A DNA stretch of 64,000 nt from Octopus vulgaris (Eukaryota), in contig OX597831.1 in assembly GCA_951406725.2 (NCBI GenBank), positions 47,430,001 through 47,494,000 on the forward strand, given 5' to 3'. Numbering within the stretch: position 1 is the first letter of the stretch; each line of letters starts with the position of its first letter. Made by a program: the position numbers and the translations under genes. Below, piece after piece: positions 12,465 to 26,186 of this stretch. The notes below the pieces were generated by a model. It was not told where the DNA came from and made no database searches. It was given only the letters and a program-made list of their open reading frames with translations.

Positions 12465-13344
12465 ACACAAAAAACTCAACAGAGAGAGAATAAAGTAACT
12501 TTTGGAGTTAGCGGTCAACCATGGAGAAGCAAAAAATTATAAGCGGTAATGATAAATTTTATCAAGTTCAAGGGGGAAATAACTCTAATATCCAAAATTG
12601 AGTGGGGTCATGCAATAATACAGTTCTCAAATCAGCCACCATTATCCTAAATGTCTCCCCACAAACGAAAACAATTATTAATAAATCTGTTCAGTCAGGG
12701 CTGAGCCGAGGAGCTACAACAACCTTGGTGTTTAGATCTAGGTTAGTCCAGACTGAAAAAACTTATGATCAAAAGTATTCATGCTATGGCCACCCCATTT
12801 TTTTGCTCAACACATTTTTTTTTTTTTAGATTCAATAAGAATTTCTTTTCTACAACAATTTATGTGAAAGAAAGTTGTTATTTGTTACCGCATAAATTCA
12901 TTTAGAATTTGTGGCATGCTGATTAAGTAACAAGTATTTCATAAAGTTTGAAATATGTAGAAGTGAAACTCAAAAGTTGTGATGTACATGCATTTTCCAA
13001 GAGAAGCAACGGTCCAATGGTTTCAAATACTGGCATTCCATTGGTTACAATGACAAGGATTCCAGTTGATCCAATCAACGGAATAGCCTGCTTGTGAAAT
13101 TAACATGCAAGTGGCTGAGTACTCCACAGACACATGTACCTTTAGCATAATTATCAGAGTGATTCAGCATGACACAAAGTGTGACAAGGGTGGTCCTTTG
13201 AAATACAGGTACTACTCATTTTTGCCAGCTGAGTGAAATAAAGTGTCTAGCTCAAGGACACAATGCATTACTGGGAATTGAACTCACTTGTGATCATGAG
13301 CCTAATACCCTAACCACTAACCCACATGCCTTCACTCTTTCAAA

Positions 13345-13743
13345 TACTAACAGACTTTTAAACTCTGTTTACTCTCTCTTTACTCATTTATTTGCTTGTC
13401 ATTTGACTGCAGCCATGCTGGAGCACCGCCTTTAGTCAAGCAAATTGAACCCAGGACTTATTTTTTGGAAGCCTAGTACTTATTCTATCGGTCTCTTTTG
13501 CCGAACCACTAAGTTATGGGGACGTAAACACACCACCATCGGTTGTCAAGCGATGTTGGTGGGGACAAACACACATATATATATATACATATGACGGGCT
13601 TCTTTCAGTTTCCATCTACCAAATCCACCCACAAGGCTTTGGTCGGCCCGAGGCTATAGTAGAAGGCACGCCCAAGGTGCCACGCAGTGGGACTGAACCC
13701 GGAACCATGTGGCTGGTTAGCAAGCTACTTACCACACAGCCAC
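13345..13743 (-). mobile_element. tRNA-derived CORE-type SINE
   Basis: Pol III A/B-box head (GTGGCTGTGTGGTAAG...GGTTCAGTCCC) followed by a CORE-like GCACCTTGGGC motif, an internal (TA/TG)n tract and an (AAAGAGT)n tail. Confidence 0.85.
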
Positions 13744-14260
13744 AAAATTAACGTCAACATTCCAGGATTCATTATCTTGGAGAACACATCTTTTTCATAT
13801 GTACATAATTTTTAAAGTTTTGGGGAGAAAAAAACAATTAAAACCTGTAGATTTTTATTTAATTTTGTAATGCCATAAGCAACATGAAACAATGTTAAAT
13901 GATTTAAAATCAGGAGCATTAAGTAATATATTAGCACATTGGGATGTACTTAAGGGAATTTCAGTTGTTATTCCTAGCAAATCAAACGACTCCATGAAAT
14001 TCCCTGGATGACTGAAACAACAACAACAATAACAACAAATTTACAAATATTAATTCATTGCCATGCATAGGCAGAATTGTTATCTTTCAGGAGATTTGGC
14101 ACGTTCACTTAATTACAATGAAATGAGAGGTGAGATAATTGGTTTACACCAGAAGATTCAAGAGTAGATTTGAGTTTTATCCATCTCAATCTCTGAATAA
14201 ATATGTATAAAATGACGATGAAATCAAAGAGGGATTACACTTAAAATACACATGTTTTAA

Positions 14261-14481
14261 CCCTTTCGTTACCAACCCGGCTGAAACCGCCTCTGGCTCT
14301 GTAGTACAAATGTTTTATTTTCATAAGTTTTGTATTAAAATCTTCAACCAAACCTTAGTCACAATTTATGTTCCTAACACTAGCTGAATGATAACCAAGT
14401 TATTTTACTAAATTCTTTGTTATAGTTAAAGTAATTGAAAGAAACACAGAGCATCTCAAAATAAATATGGTAACAAAAGGG
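14261..14481. mobile_element. piggyBac-type MITE (same family at 1592-1812 and 20557-20777)
   Basis: TTAA|CCCTTTCGTTACC...GGTAACAAAAGGG|TTAG. Confidence 0.85.
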
Positions 14482-14696
14482 TTAGCAGTGTTAGAAATGG
14501 GTGGAGGAGTTCACAGAGGAACAACTTTCCTCTTACTTTTCAGCTCACAGTGTGTGGAGATTTACGACATCTTGTGGTTACCTTCACAACCTCAGCCTCT
14601 TGGACCTTAACGTACCCCTAATTTCTAATAAACTATTTCCATTTATGGTTGTAAAGTAAATTTTCCATTCATCATAGCAGCAGTAGATATATCTGT

Positions 14697-14837
14697 CACT
14701 AGCATAGCCACACTGTGTGCTGCCTAGGGTGGCCCTTCCTTCAGTTTTCCGCTCCCACAAAAGATACATATTGCCTATAGCAGACCCAAAAGTGGTGCCC
14801 CTTGGAGTGGACTTCCCCCACTCTAGCAATGCTAGTG
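14697..14837. mobile_element. hAT-type MITE
   Basis: TIR CACTAGCAT/ATGCTAGTG with an exact 8-bp TSD ATATCTGT. Confidence 0.8.
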
Positions 14838-15439
14838 ATATCTGTCAATTGTTAAGATTAACGGGACAACAGTACATCCCTCTCTCTTTCCTCTAACCCT
14901 TTTCCGTGTGGAATTTGAAGTTGATGATGGGTTGGTTGGGTTCTTTCAATCTTGCTCTCCCTATAACTTTTTTCACCATAAGCAGCGACAGTAAGACAAA
15001 AATTGTTAGCTTTTAACTATCGGGCTGGGAGTCAAATGATTTTCACAATGGATCTGGTAAATACTTGATAACATCAGTATATCTCACTGAAAGAATAGTA
15101 ATATTAAATTCACATGATTTGATTTGACCCTTGATCTTTCAGTTTGGATCAAACATCTCCTTCTCTTCTTCATAAAGAGTTATGAAAATTGGTACATTCA
15201 TAACGGGCTAATGCCAAAAGAACTAACAGCGAGTTGCAGCACCAATACTTTTCTTAATTTAAAATGACTTGCAAAATCGTAATTTGTTTTTCTGGTTTAA
15301 GATACAATGTAAAATTATATTTCTCTGTTAATAGAAAACAAGTGAATATAAATCTAAATTTTGATCTTTAACTAGGATACAATTATCTTTGGATATACAA
15401 AAACGGGGATACCAACAAAAGTGTGCCCTTCCGTTGATA

Positions 15440-15760
15440 CAACTTTGTTTCCTCATAACTGATATGTTAAATATCATTTATATGAAATTGTACTATGGGC
15501 CTTTCCCTGGCCCTTTGCGTTGTAACCAATCGATGTTCTATCATCTTCGTAGTAGCCCACGTCTCACGTATAAGAGCACAGATAGGACGGTGTTATTGAA
15601 GAATCTGGCACATATGGTATTATTTAGTTTTCTTTTGAGTACATCCTTTATTGAGTTAAATGCCTCCCATACTGCCCTTATTCTCTTGAGATTTCAGCGT
15701 CCACATATCTCGGCGCATATTCACTGTGTGCCCTAAGAAGACGTTACTTCTTAACCTTCT
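15440..15760 (-). mobile_element. Old RTE-clade LINE fragment
   Basis: Minus-strand frames give RIRAVWEAFNSIKDVL...FNNTVLSVLLY/ETWATTKMIEHRLVTTQRA, the RTE post-RT motif, with a frameshift. Confidence 0.75.
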
Positions 15761-18404
15761 CGATTTCATCGCTTTCCCACTTCTATTTGGCCTTGTGCGA
15801 GCTACGTCTAGCAACCGCATATCTTGTATTTGTTGCCTGATGAGATGATCTTGAAATGGAAATTGCCGAATAAACTCTACCAAGAATTTAGTAGAGTTTT
15901 TGTTGTCAATGTCACCTCATATTGCGCCTCTGCAGAATTCCATGTAACATGTTATGATTAATAAATGCGTCGGCGGTTTATTGTTGACAGTCAAGTGCAA
16001 AATAAAAATTCCGTCAGAGCGGTGACAGGTAAATCACTTGAATGTTAGGACCACGTGTCCAACAAGATATTTCGCTCGACGAAAGATGATTCATCAAATT
16101 TTACAACCTACTCAATTTCAAGTACACTTTATTCTTCTAATTATTTCTTTACAGGCAAAACGGCCCAGCAAGAACTTCCCTTGAGTACCATCATAAGACC
16201 ACCAATAAATATATTTTACCAAGTTTATCAGTGGAAGATAGATATATACCTTCGAAAATTGAATCAATACAGTGAGACGGAGGTTTTCGACGCCCCACCA
16301 CACAAGCGCGAATACAATATGTTCACGTGAAACCCTAAGCATGATTGTTACACTTTAAACTTGCCCATCAAGGTTCCACTACTGTTATATATCAAACCAT
16401 GTGCTCATAACGAAAGGATAGTTCACCGTGGGGTTTTGATATAAGTTGCAGTCAGCGTGATTTAAATAAGAAGCGACCGGTCAATTTATGGGATTCATAT
16501 GTAAAGGGCATTAGGTTTCAAAGTAAATAAAATAATGTCTTCTATAATGAAAGCATTGGTACCATTTACTTCCTGAAAGTTTAAAATGCCTTTGTTTCAA
16601 TTTAAACCGGATGGAAATGTAATAGGCAACATATATTTAAACACTGCAAATGCGAATAAATATATTTATACCCCACCAACATCAAGTAATTCTTTATATT
16701 CTTCAAAGTATAACTGTATTAAAAAAGAAGTGGAAGAGGAGAGAAGTATCGGTGATCGCTTATCGCTTTTTTTTTTTTTTAATGTATGATTATAGACCAA
16801 AGTTTGAAACAAAACTAAAACAAGATTCTAAATGTCTGATGGTCTAAACGAAAATCTGTAAATCAATTTTTTTGTTACAGAGGAGAGGTAAAAATACCCA
16901 CATTTAAAAGAATAAAGCTAAAAAGAAGCCAATTTTTAATTGAATGGATATTTAGTTTACGATTTCTTTCCCGCAAATATGTGTGAGTGTATAAATACAT
17001 ATATACGGCAAATGAAAAACGGAAGATGGAATATACGAGAATATACACATATACACGCTAACACAAACATAATAGTTTCCAGAAAATCTGTTGACAAATA
17101 GAGCGTTTTCCGTAACTAATGTAAACAAAGGTTTTTATTCTCAGAGGTAGTCAATTTCAAGTCATGCTGGATGAGGTTTTGATATATATCTATATATACC
17201 ACACACACACAAAACTATAATTTTTGTGAATTTAAATACAACACAGAATATATTCGAGTATTTTCTTTATACAACTTATTGATTCCCTTGTGTCATTATA
17301 CATATTAATTTTATATCATTAGGGATTTATTGTATTGTGTTTTTTTTATGATAGTTTGGAGTGTAAAATATTTATCTGACCTTTATCTGAAGTCTAAATT
17401 AAGCATACGAGATAAAATAACTCTTTGCCGACCAAATCAATGTGCCTTATATATCTATAGCTAATTAAAGAAAGAAAAAAAAACCCAAAAAAAACGCGGC
17501 AGCGTGGGAACCTTTAGGTGGGCGTTCGATCTGCTATACATAAGAGCCAAATGTCCCTCAACTCACATCCCACAGTCGTAAAGAGAAATATCACATCAGA
17601 TATTATAGCCCTAGGTACTTCTTTAAAAATGGGATGGTCACGGTTTGATTGCTTTGATGATAGGTCTACTCGATCGGGGTTGATCTGTGACTGAACAACA
17701 AAGTAAATTAAGACAAACAGCTGTTGAACATTTCTGCAAGGAATATGCTATCTGCGTGGAGGGCAAGGAGTTACAGAAATGTTTGAATGGCGAGTAATAT
17801 CTAAGGTTTATAATCCGGCATTTATAGGAAAGAGAAACGATTAAATGAAGTTGTTCGTCCTTCTTTTCAAGAGCAAACTGGTCGTCTTAATTTAGGCTCT
17901 AACTAGGATTCGACACGAAACCGCCGACTTTGATAAGAGGAGCACTTGCCGCTACCCATTGCGATTTTTTAATTTTTTATTTTAAATCCCTCATACCGGA
18001 CTCAAGGTTAGCTTTTATAACAAAAAGGAAAACTCTAGAATAGTGCTGACGTTTATTTATCATCTCCGAAGATGGTAACAACCAATAAATACTACCTAAT
18101 TATATATATCAGGCCTTAGACAATTAAAAAAAAAAAATTCAGTGTTAAGGGGGAGTGATCACAGAAAATGACCGCATGCAAAACCTTATGTAATCAAACT
18201 AAGATAATATTGTTTCTTCGAAAGAAAACTGGAATATTTATAGAATGGGAAATGGGAAGGTGTGACTTTTATATATCATCAAAAATAAATAATCATTTTA
18301 AAACACTGGAAAATGCATGAGGTAAGAGAAGGATAGGACGCTTAAGGGGTTCACCTTGATAGATGGCTGAATATACATCAAGTAAATGAGAAATCCTTAT
18401 TTAC

Positions 18405-18504
18405 CTGTGGGAAAACCTAGTTGTTTGCTGCCCCGACCAAATCCTTTGACTACGTTTCCTTCGGCATAGTAAGGCAGGTAATTTTCTGGACCAGTGGACG
18501 TCAT
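18405..18504 (-). CDS. RFK: Riboflavin kinase, coding exon 1
   Basis: ttacaaaATG start; MTSTGPENYLPYYAEGNVVKGFGRGSKQLGFPT plus 1 nt, then a GTAAAT donor. Spliced to exon 2 it gives the GFGRGSKQLGxPTAN signature. Confidence 0.96.
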
Positions 18505-19508
18505 TTTGTAAGTTTGGCAGAGAAGCAACAACAGTCGCAGTCAGATGAAAGTTCAATGACTTGTGAGGAGTGTCCTGTAGGCGTGATGTTTATATCTATG
18601 ACTGGCAAGTGTGTTATCAGTTGTTATGATTCAGCAGCGCATGGATTTTGTGCAAATACCTCTACAAATTAATATAGGAATTGAAAAAGTATCACTTTAC
18701 TAATATTTTCATTATTGAAAATATATCACTTTCACTATTCTGTACCGGTATTTGCAAAAAACCCCTTCAAAATAATATTTACCGTATTGAGAGTTATTAT
18801 CCCTTACTTCCACCTTGAAATCCGTTTGCCATCGTCAAATATAGCTCGTTATCTTTTTGCTAAGACACGTAATTACTGCTTTATTTCTGTGTTGCTAACC
18901 AAGGTTGTTAAATGCTTAATCATACCGAGCGGATATCACAAATATAGTACGATCGAAACACATCTATCGTCTCGAAAAGTGATAGCAATGTGAACGGAAT
19001 AAATTTATCTCGGGAAATATAATTTTAGTCACCGTCCAACAGTGGTATTAACCTTTGTTCTAATCAAGTTTGTTTAATATTCGACGAATAAGAAAAGCTG
19101 TAGAACTCCTGCTCGGATGTAAATTTGTATTTTTGTTAGTTTACACTCAAGTTGAAGATGCGATTTGATTTCGTCCTCTGATTATAAATATTTCACTTTG
19201 TATATTGCTCGTTAAAATCATTGAGAGAAGTAAACACATTATGCAATCATTTCTCCGCCCCCTCCTCATTAATATGACGCATATTTATGTAACAGATTAA
19301 TTTTCTGGGGATATTTCTTTATCGTCAACATATTCATCGCATGCTGTGTAACGATGGCTCAGTGACGTGAATGTTTGGAAGGTTTCAGTTCTTGGTTGGA
19401 AATGCTTCATTTGTATTGTTATGAATATAAAAAAATTCATTTACCTTTCTCACATCTTGTGTTTACTAATCAAAGCTTAACCGCCAAATGTGTGAATTAC
19501 CAAATTAA

Positions 19509-19602
19509 GGCGAAGGTAAAGAATACGCATACCATCCGTTTTCGACGTTTAGGGTCAGGGTTACGCCGAAAACGGGTGTTTTGCGTATTCTTTGCCTCCG
19601 CC
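19509..19602. mobile_element. 94-bp palindromic PIF/Harbinger (Tourist)-like MITE
   Basis: 40-bp arms with 6 mismatches, a 14-nt loop TTAGGGTCAGGGTT, GGC/GCC termini and TAA on both sides. Confidence 0.6.
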
Positions 19603-21399
19603 TAAAATTGATACGTTTATCGTGTTTCAAACTTTATATAAACTTTATATTTAATAAAGTTACACTGCAGCAAATTCAATTTCTTGTGGATTATAGGAAT
19701 GAAGAGAGAGAGCGAGAAAGTAGGAAGAAATGAATCTCTGTCTTTTTTAAAAATTGGCTCTGTCAGAGGAGAAAAGGTAGCACTCGCCAGGGTTTCCGAG
19801 GTGGAACAAGACTACTTTTAAATTCCTTGAATTTTGAGAAAAGTAAGAGACTCTTCTCAAAATTCAAGGAGGCTGTGAAGATTTTTTCTTCTTTTACTAT
19901 GTTTTTTTTTTCTTTGAGAGTGAGGCCTAACAGATATTTACAGGTCCCTACCAGGTTTGTACAGACCTAAGACTAACGTACATTCTGACTCCCCACTCCC
20001 ACTTTTTATGGGCTCTGGCATGCTTGGCCTTTTCTAGGCCCCTGGCACTGAAGGGAGAAAATTATTGTCAAACCCAGAGACCTTACTCAAATATTTGCAA
20101 CAGAATGGACATTACTAAAGACATCCAAGAACCAGGTTGGGATGTTAAAACCACTGACACATTAAATTTACTGTTCAGGCTTTTGTAGTTCCCATCTACC
20201 AAATTTTGGTTGATCAAAGGCTATGGTGGAAGACACTGTACTGTGGAATATCAAATTTGAAATCATGTTACTACATTGCATAAGGAATTTCCAAATCCAA
20301 AATCAACTTTTTAACCCCATGGCTATGCTTATTCATACAAGACTAAAAATTTACTGAAAAGGGGTACAATTTGTTGAAGCACCTCATGGATAGGGGTAGC
20401 AGACTTAGCCTGTGATCCAGTTTAGTGCCACCACTTTTTAGCAGAGTCCACTCTATTACAAGTATTTGAGCTGCGTCTCCAAAGATATCTTCCTCTCTTC
20501 CTAGCAGTCACAGAGGTCATGAGCATTGTTTTCCCTCCTGACTAAAAGATTTTTAACCTTTTCGATACCAACCCGGCTGAAACCACCTCTGGCTCTGTAG
20601 TACAAATGTATTGTTTTCAAAACTTTTGAATTAAAATCTTCCACCAAACTTTGGTCACAATTAATGCTCCTAACATTAGCTGAATGATAACTAAGTTATT
20701 TTACTAAATTCTTTGTTATATTTAAAGTAATTGAAAGAAACACAGAACATCTCAACAAAAATATGGTAACAAAAGGGTTAAAAAATGACTGGTACTTATT
20801 TTATTGACCCTTTTAAGATTTGAACTCCTTTTAGTTAACATAGGATTAAATATTGAAAAGACAGTTTGACGCTTCTATACAAGTCCCTACCAGGCACTAC
20901 AGACCCAGCACTGACGTACAGTCTGACTACCTCCTACTTTTTTACAGGCCCTAGCACCCTTGTCGCCTTCCAGATTGAGATTACTAATTGTAATTGAGAT
21001 CCAGCCAACCTGAACTAGTATGAAAGAAGAAAAAAATACAATTTGCAGGTTAATTAGTGCATTCACCTATATTACTTCTAATTTTCATTTGATTTTCATT
21101 AGATAAAACCATTAGATAAGCTATAGGCACAGGCATCACTGTGAGGTTAAGTTTGTTTCCCAACCATGTGGCCTTGGGTTCTGTCCTATAGCATAGCACC
21201 TTGGGTAAATGTCTTCTACTATTGCTCCAGGGTGAGCAAAGCCTTATTAGTGGATTTAGTTGACAGAAACTGAAAGCCTGCCAAAATGCCCCCTGTCCAA
21301 TGGATGTTGTCAAACATTTAAACCAAATTTTCTCAAAACAACTTGTCCGACCATCCCATAGGCCTTCCCTTTGAGAAACACTGATTTAATCTAAATTTG

Positions 21400-21720
21400 A
21401 GACACCAGCAAAAAAAGAAAAACGATTTTATTCACACAATATGCAAGGCTGTTGACTGGGAGAACACAAACATGGTTTAAACAGTAAGCTTGGCAGGAAA
21501 GAAACATGTCTTTAAGCAGTACAAAAACAACAAAAAATGGAAAGTGCAATTATGTTCAGGTTGACGGAAGAAAAGCAAGACAAAAACGGCTTTATCGATC
21601 ACATTCTCACCTGCTGATACCATCGGTATCTACATATCAAATTTGAGCACAATCGGATGGAGGATGCCCGAGATCCGAGAAGACACACAGACAGACAGAC
21701 AGAACGGATTTTATATACGA
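21400..21720. mobile_element. Possible Helitron/Helentron-associated non-autonomous element
   Basis: Terminal block (CAAATTTGAGCACAATCGG...(ACAG)n...TTTTATATA) resembles the 55700-55790 Helitron end; the left boundary is uncertain. Confidence 0.4.
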
Positions 21721-21740
21721 TATATATATATATATATATG

Positions 21741-23022
21741 TAAAGTCATTAAGATTGAAATGTCTGATTTTCTTATGCACCAAGTTTGACAGTTGTTAAC
21801 TCAAATGTTTTATCCTGACAATTGTTTGTTTTACAACATTGAAGAGTTACATCACTTTCTGAAATGCAATTCATGGAGTTTGATTTTATTGTGAGTTTTC
21901 TCTTGTAAATCAATTTTTATGAACTCATGGATAGATCAAAGATTCGTATTGTTTATGAATATGAGTTCCGTTGTGGACCCAATGCATCCCAGACAGCTAG
22001 AAACAACACTGAAGTGTTTGATGAAGATGTGGCAAATGAGCGCACAGAATATTGATGGTTTGAGAAGTTCCGGTCTGGTGACTTTACTCTTGAAAATCAG
22101 CCCTGTGGTAGACCTGAGACCAAGGTGGATAATGATGAGCTGGAAAAAGTAGTGGAAGCGGATACATCTCAAACTCTGCGTGAATTAGCAGCAATGTTTG
22201 ATGTTTCGATTCCAACTGTATTGAACCATCTGAAACAAATTGGCAAAGTAAAGAAGCTGGACAAGTGGGTACCACATGAACCGAACAAACATCAAATGAT
22301 ATGTCATCTTGAAACTTGTTGGTCTTTGCTGTCACAGCATAAACATGAACCATTTCTGCATCGTATTGTTATGTGTGATGAAAAATGGATTCTTTTCAAC
22401 AATAGCAAGTGTTCTGCATGGTGGTTGGATAGAGATGAAGTACCAAAACACAATTCAAAAAGAATATTCACCAAAAAAGCTAAGGGTGTTTGTTTGGTGA
22501 TCCAGTGCTGGTGTCAGCCACTACAGCTTCAGGAGGCCGGGTAAGTCAATTACAGCAGATATATACATCAACCAAGTGGATGAAATGATGAATGAACTTG
22601 CAATTAAATAAGTGAGATTGGTCATTAGAGACAGGCCAATTCTCTTGCAAGACAATGCTTGAGCACATGTTGCACAAAGAATGCTACTCAAGTTACAAGA
22701 ACTGAACTTGGAAATACTCTGTCATCCACCATATTCGCCAGACCTTGCACCAACTGACTATCATGTTTTCCAGGCATTAGATAACTTTTTGCAAGGAAAA
22801 AAAACTTCAAATCTGAAGAAGATGCAAAAACAGCCTTTTGTGATTTCATCACCTCTTGTTCTCCAGAAGTGTTTGCTGCCAGCACAAATAAGCTACTGAT
22901 AAAATGGTAAAATTGTATTGATAATTTAGGTACATACTTTGATTAACTGCATTGCTTTTTGTTGAGATAAAGTAAAATAAACGTTCAGTTCAAAATTGGA
23001 CATTTCATTCTTAATGACTTGA
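21741..23022 (+). mobile_element. Mariner (cecropia/Hsmar1-like) transposon, near full length, pseudogenised
   Basis: Imperfect TIRs AAGTCATTAAGATTGAAATGTC / GACATTTCATTCTTAATGACTT. Transposase pieces SKIRIVYEYEFRCG, KLDKWVPHE, IVMCDEKW, LLQDNA, HPPYSPDLAPTDYH; multiple stops and frameshifts. Confidence 0.93.
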
Positions 23023-24174
23023 TGGCCTGATATATATATACACACACACACATAAATACACATACACGTGTGTGTATTTTGTGTTTCCATGTACCCCTGT
23101 CTAAATGTCATATGATGGTTGATGAGCAACATCATTATATTCATTATATAAGTGAGGTTTTTCATTTGCAGTCTTTCATGAAAAGGATGTCTAGCTAAAG
23201 GAAAATATTACCTTGCTTGGAAATAGGTGAGTGTTTATAACAGGAAGGACAAATAGCTGTAAAATCATGTTTGACCCATGCAAGCATGGAAAAGTGGATG
23301 TTAAATGATGATGAATGCTAGTTTCACTTAAATGCTAATTAGGTCATTGTTAAATATTCAAGGTTAGCTTCGGGTTCCCCACCATTAAATGAATATATGA
23401 ATAAATAGAATAGAACTGGGTCAGAATAAATTGTCTTGTTCATTTATCAGTCCTAACAGCTTGATCTAATTAAATTTAGGTTTACTACAAAATTGATTCC
23501 AGTGAAGCATTAAATTAGTAGATTATTAGTTAGAAATTGAAGCATCGTCATTTACCATCCATTGTCCATGCTGGCATGAGTTGAACGTTTTGCTCAGGGT
23601 TGGTAAGCTGAGGGGCTGCACCAGACTTGTTTTATTTGGCATGGTTTCTATGATTGGATGCCGTTCTAATGCCAACCACTCTGAGAGAGTAATGGGTACT
23701 TTTGCATACCACTGGCATGAGTGTCAGTTGTATAACAACAGTATCTGCTACAACTATGATTTAACTTGGCTTGATGGGTCTTCTCCTCAAGCACAACATA
23801 TTGCCAAAGGCCTTGGTCATTTGTCATTGCTTCTGTGAGGCCCAGCACTTGAGAGGTGCTTCTTATGTGCTAGATATGTGACACTGGCATTGGCCACTTT
23901 GTTTCTGTGTGGCCTAATGCTCGAAAGGTGATTTTTACATGCCCCCAGCACAGGTTCCTGTTAAGATTTTGTTTGAGCCTAATAAAACTGAAAAATGAAC
24001 ATTCTCTTTTCACCCAACATTTCTTGTAGAAGTTCTGAAGAAAGGTTTGTCCATTGAGCCAATAATGTTAATTTTTCTTGGCTACTAAGCTGTGATTAAC
24101 TAGACAAGACCAATAAAGAATAAATTAGTGAGTTATATTGACTGAAATTCAACCGGAGATTGACATCATCTTAA

Positions 24175-24395
24175 CCCTTTAGCATTTAAACCGGCCATAT
24201 CTGGCCAAAAGTATTCTGCCTGTTTTATAGTCAAACTGGCCAAATCTGGTCTCTCACACCAACCCTACAATATCATTTTAAATATTAACAGCTACCTCAT
24301 CAAAATCTCATCGCTACAAGATAAGGCATGATTAGTTCAAAACAATGTGGATGAAAAAGCATTAATTTGGGCAGAATAATGCGAACACTATAGGG
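24175..24395. mobile_element. piggyBac-type MITE, family 2 (also about 28368-28589, 38638-38856, 42608-42781, 43450-43640)
   Basis: TTAA|CCCTTTAGCATT...AGGG|TTAA, repeated several times in the window. Confidence 0.8.
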
Positions 24396-25102
24396 TTAAA
24401 CATGTCTTTTATGAAAAGTAAAATGTCACATTTACTGCAGCACAATAATGATGGTAATAAAAATAATAATAAAAAACAACCCTCCCTACCCTAACATTCC
24501 CATTTCCTGTTAGAGTAGTTCCATAGCAAAGTTACCCATAGAACCAAAAGAAGAATTGATCCTAATACAGGATTGGTACTTTATCAATCACAACCTTGAG
24601 ATTGACACTGGTGCAGCATGAAAAACGGATGTTTGATGATGATGATGATGATTGGCAATGATGTTGTTGTTGTAAAGTGAAGTTAACCAGAGAGGGATTT
24701 GAACTTAGAGTGTCAGAACAATTATTGCCAAGTGATCCATCCAACACTCTAATAACCCTAACCATACTATGACACTTTATCTGGCACTCCAATAAACCTG
24801 CTTATGCTCTGTGTTGTTTATGTTACACAAACTATTTGAGAAAAATCTGGTCAAAGAGGCTCAGGCACAGACATGACTGTGTGGTTAAGAACTTTGCTTT
24901 CCAACCACATGGTTTAGGGTTCAGTTCCACAGCGTAACAACTTGGGCAAGTGTTTTTTTTTTCACTATAGCCCTAAGCTGACCAAAGTCTTGTGAGTGGA
25001 TTTGGTTGATGAAAACTGCAAGAAGCTTGTAATATGTATATATAAATATGTATATATGAATGTATACACGTGTGTGTACTTGTGCCTTACAATCTTGATG
25101 TC

Positions 25103-25716
25103 ATGCAATAATTGTAAATGAGTGTTGCTGTTAAACAAGAGGTGTCATTAGTTTCTAGCCTTCTGTGGAAAAACATGTCTAGTCATGGGAAACTATTACT
25201 CTATGTGGAAACAAATAAGGGGTGATGACAGGAAGAGTATTTGGCTGTAGAAAATTTACCTCAGCTAATTCTATCTTACCCATGCAAGCATGGCAAAGTG
25301 GACATTATGCAATAATTGTAAATGAGTGTTGCTGTTAAACAAGAGGTGTCATTAGTTTCTAGCCTTCTGTGGAAAAAACATGTCTTGTCATGGGAAACTA
25401 TTACCCTACATGGAAACAAATAAGGGGTGATGACAGGAAGAGTATTTGGCTGTAGAAAATTTACCTCAGCTAATTCCATCTTACCCATGCAAGCATGGCA
25501 AAGTGGACATTATGCAATAATTGTAAATGAGTGTTGCTGTTAAACAAGAGGTGTCATTAGTTTCTAGCCTTCTGTGGAAAAAACATGTCTTGTCATGGGA
25601 AACTATTACCCTACATGGAAACAAATAAGGGGTGATGACAGGAAGAGTATTTGGCTGTAGAAAATTTACCTCAGCTAATTCCATCTTACCCATGCAAGCA
25701 TGGCAAAGTGGACATT
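25103..25716 (+). repeat. Tandem triplication, about 205-bp unit (SINE-derived)
   Basis: Units start at about 25103, 25307 and 25512; copies 2 and 3 yield identical ORF-track peptides. Confidence 0.92.
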
Positions 25717-25739
25717 AAAACAATGATAAAATTGATGAT

Positions 25740-25865
25740 TAAAAGTCAGTCTGGATTTGCACCAGGGAATTTATTTGCAGTTGCTACATTTCTGATGAAA
25801 CAGCTCCAGAATTGGCAACATTATTTTGTAATTGTTGAGATATAGAAAAAGCTTTTAACAACATG
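25740..25865 (+). mobile_element. Highly decayed non-LTR reverse transcriptase fragment
   Basis: KSQSGFAPG...ATFLMKQLQ followed by a DIEKAF-like stretch, resembling the QxGF and DxEKAFD motifs. Confidence 0.5.
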
Positions 25866-26186
25866 TTACCTTCTGTAGTTTGGAAGTAAAGGATAAAGCT
25901 GAGTGAGGAAAATTGGCTTATGAAAATGTTAGTGTGTGTGGTATAAAAGAGGAAGGAGGGTCAAATGTAATGCTAGGGATTTTAAAATTCAAGTGGGTCG
26001 TATTCAACAAGGATGTGTAGGTTGATATCGGTGCAGAGTAAAAAGCTGTTACATTCAAATATCCCAGCAATGTTACTGTCTGATTAAATTATATCTTTCT
26101 CTCACTGATGCCATCTACTTTGTATCTAATATCTCACAAGAACAAAGCGACAAACTGGTAGAATCATAAAAAGAATATTAAAAAAA

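Noticed and set aside
15837-15870. CTGATGA...GAAA hammerhead candidate
   Set aside because: No credible stem I, II or III.
22125-22899. SETMAR-like host gene
   Set aside because: No SET domain or splice structure; it is a frameshifted mariner between TIRs.
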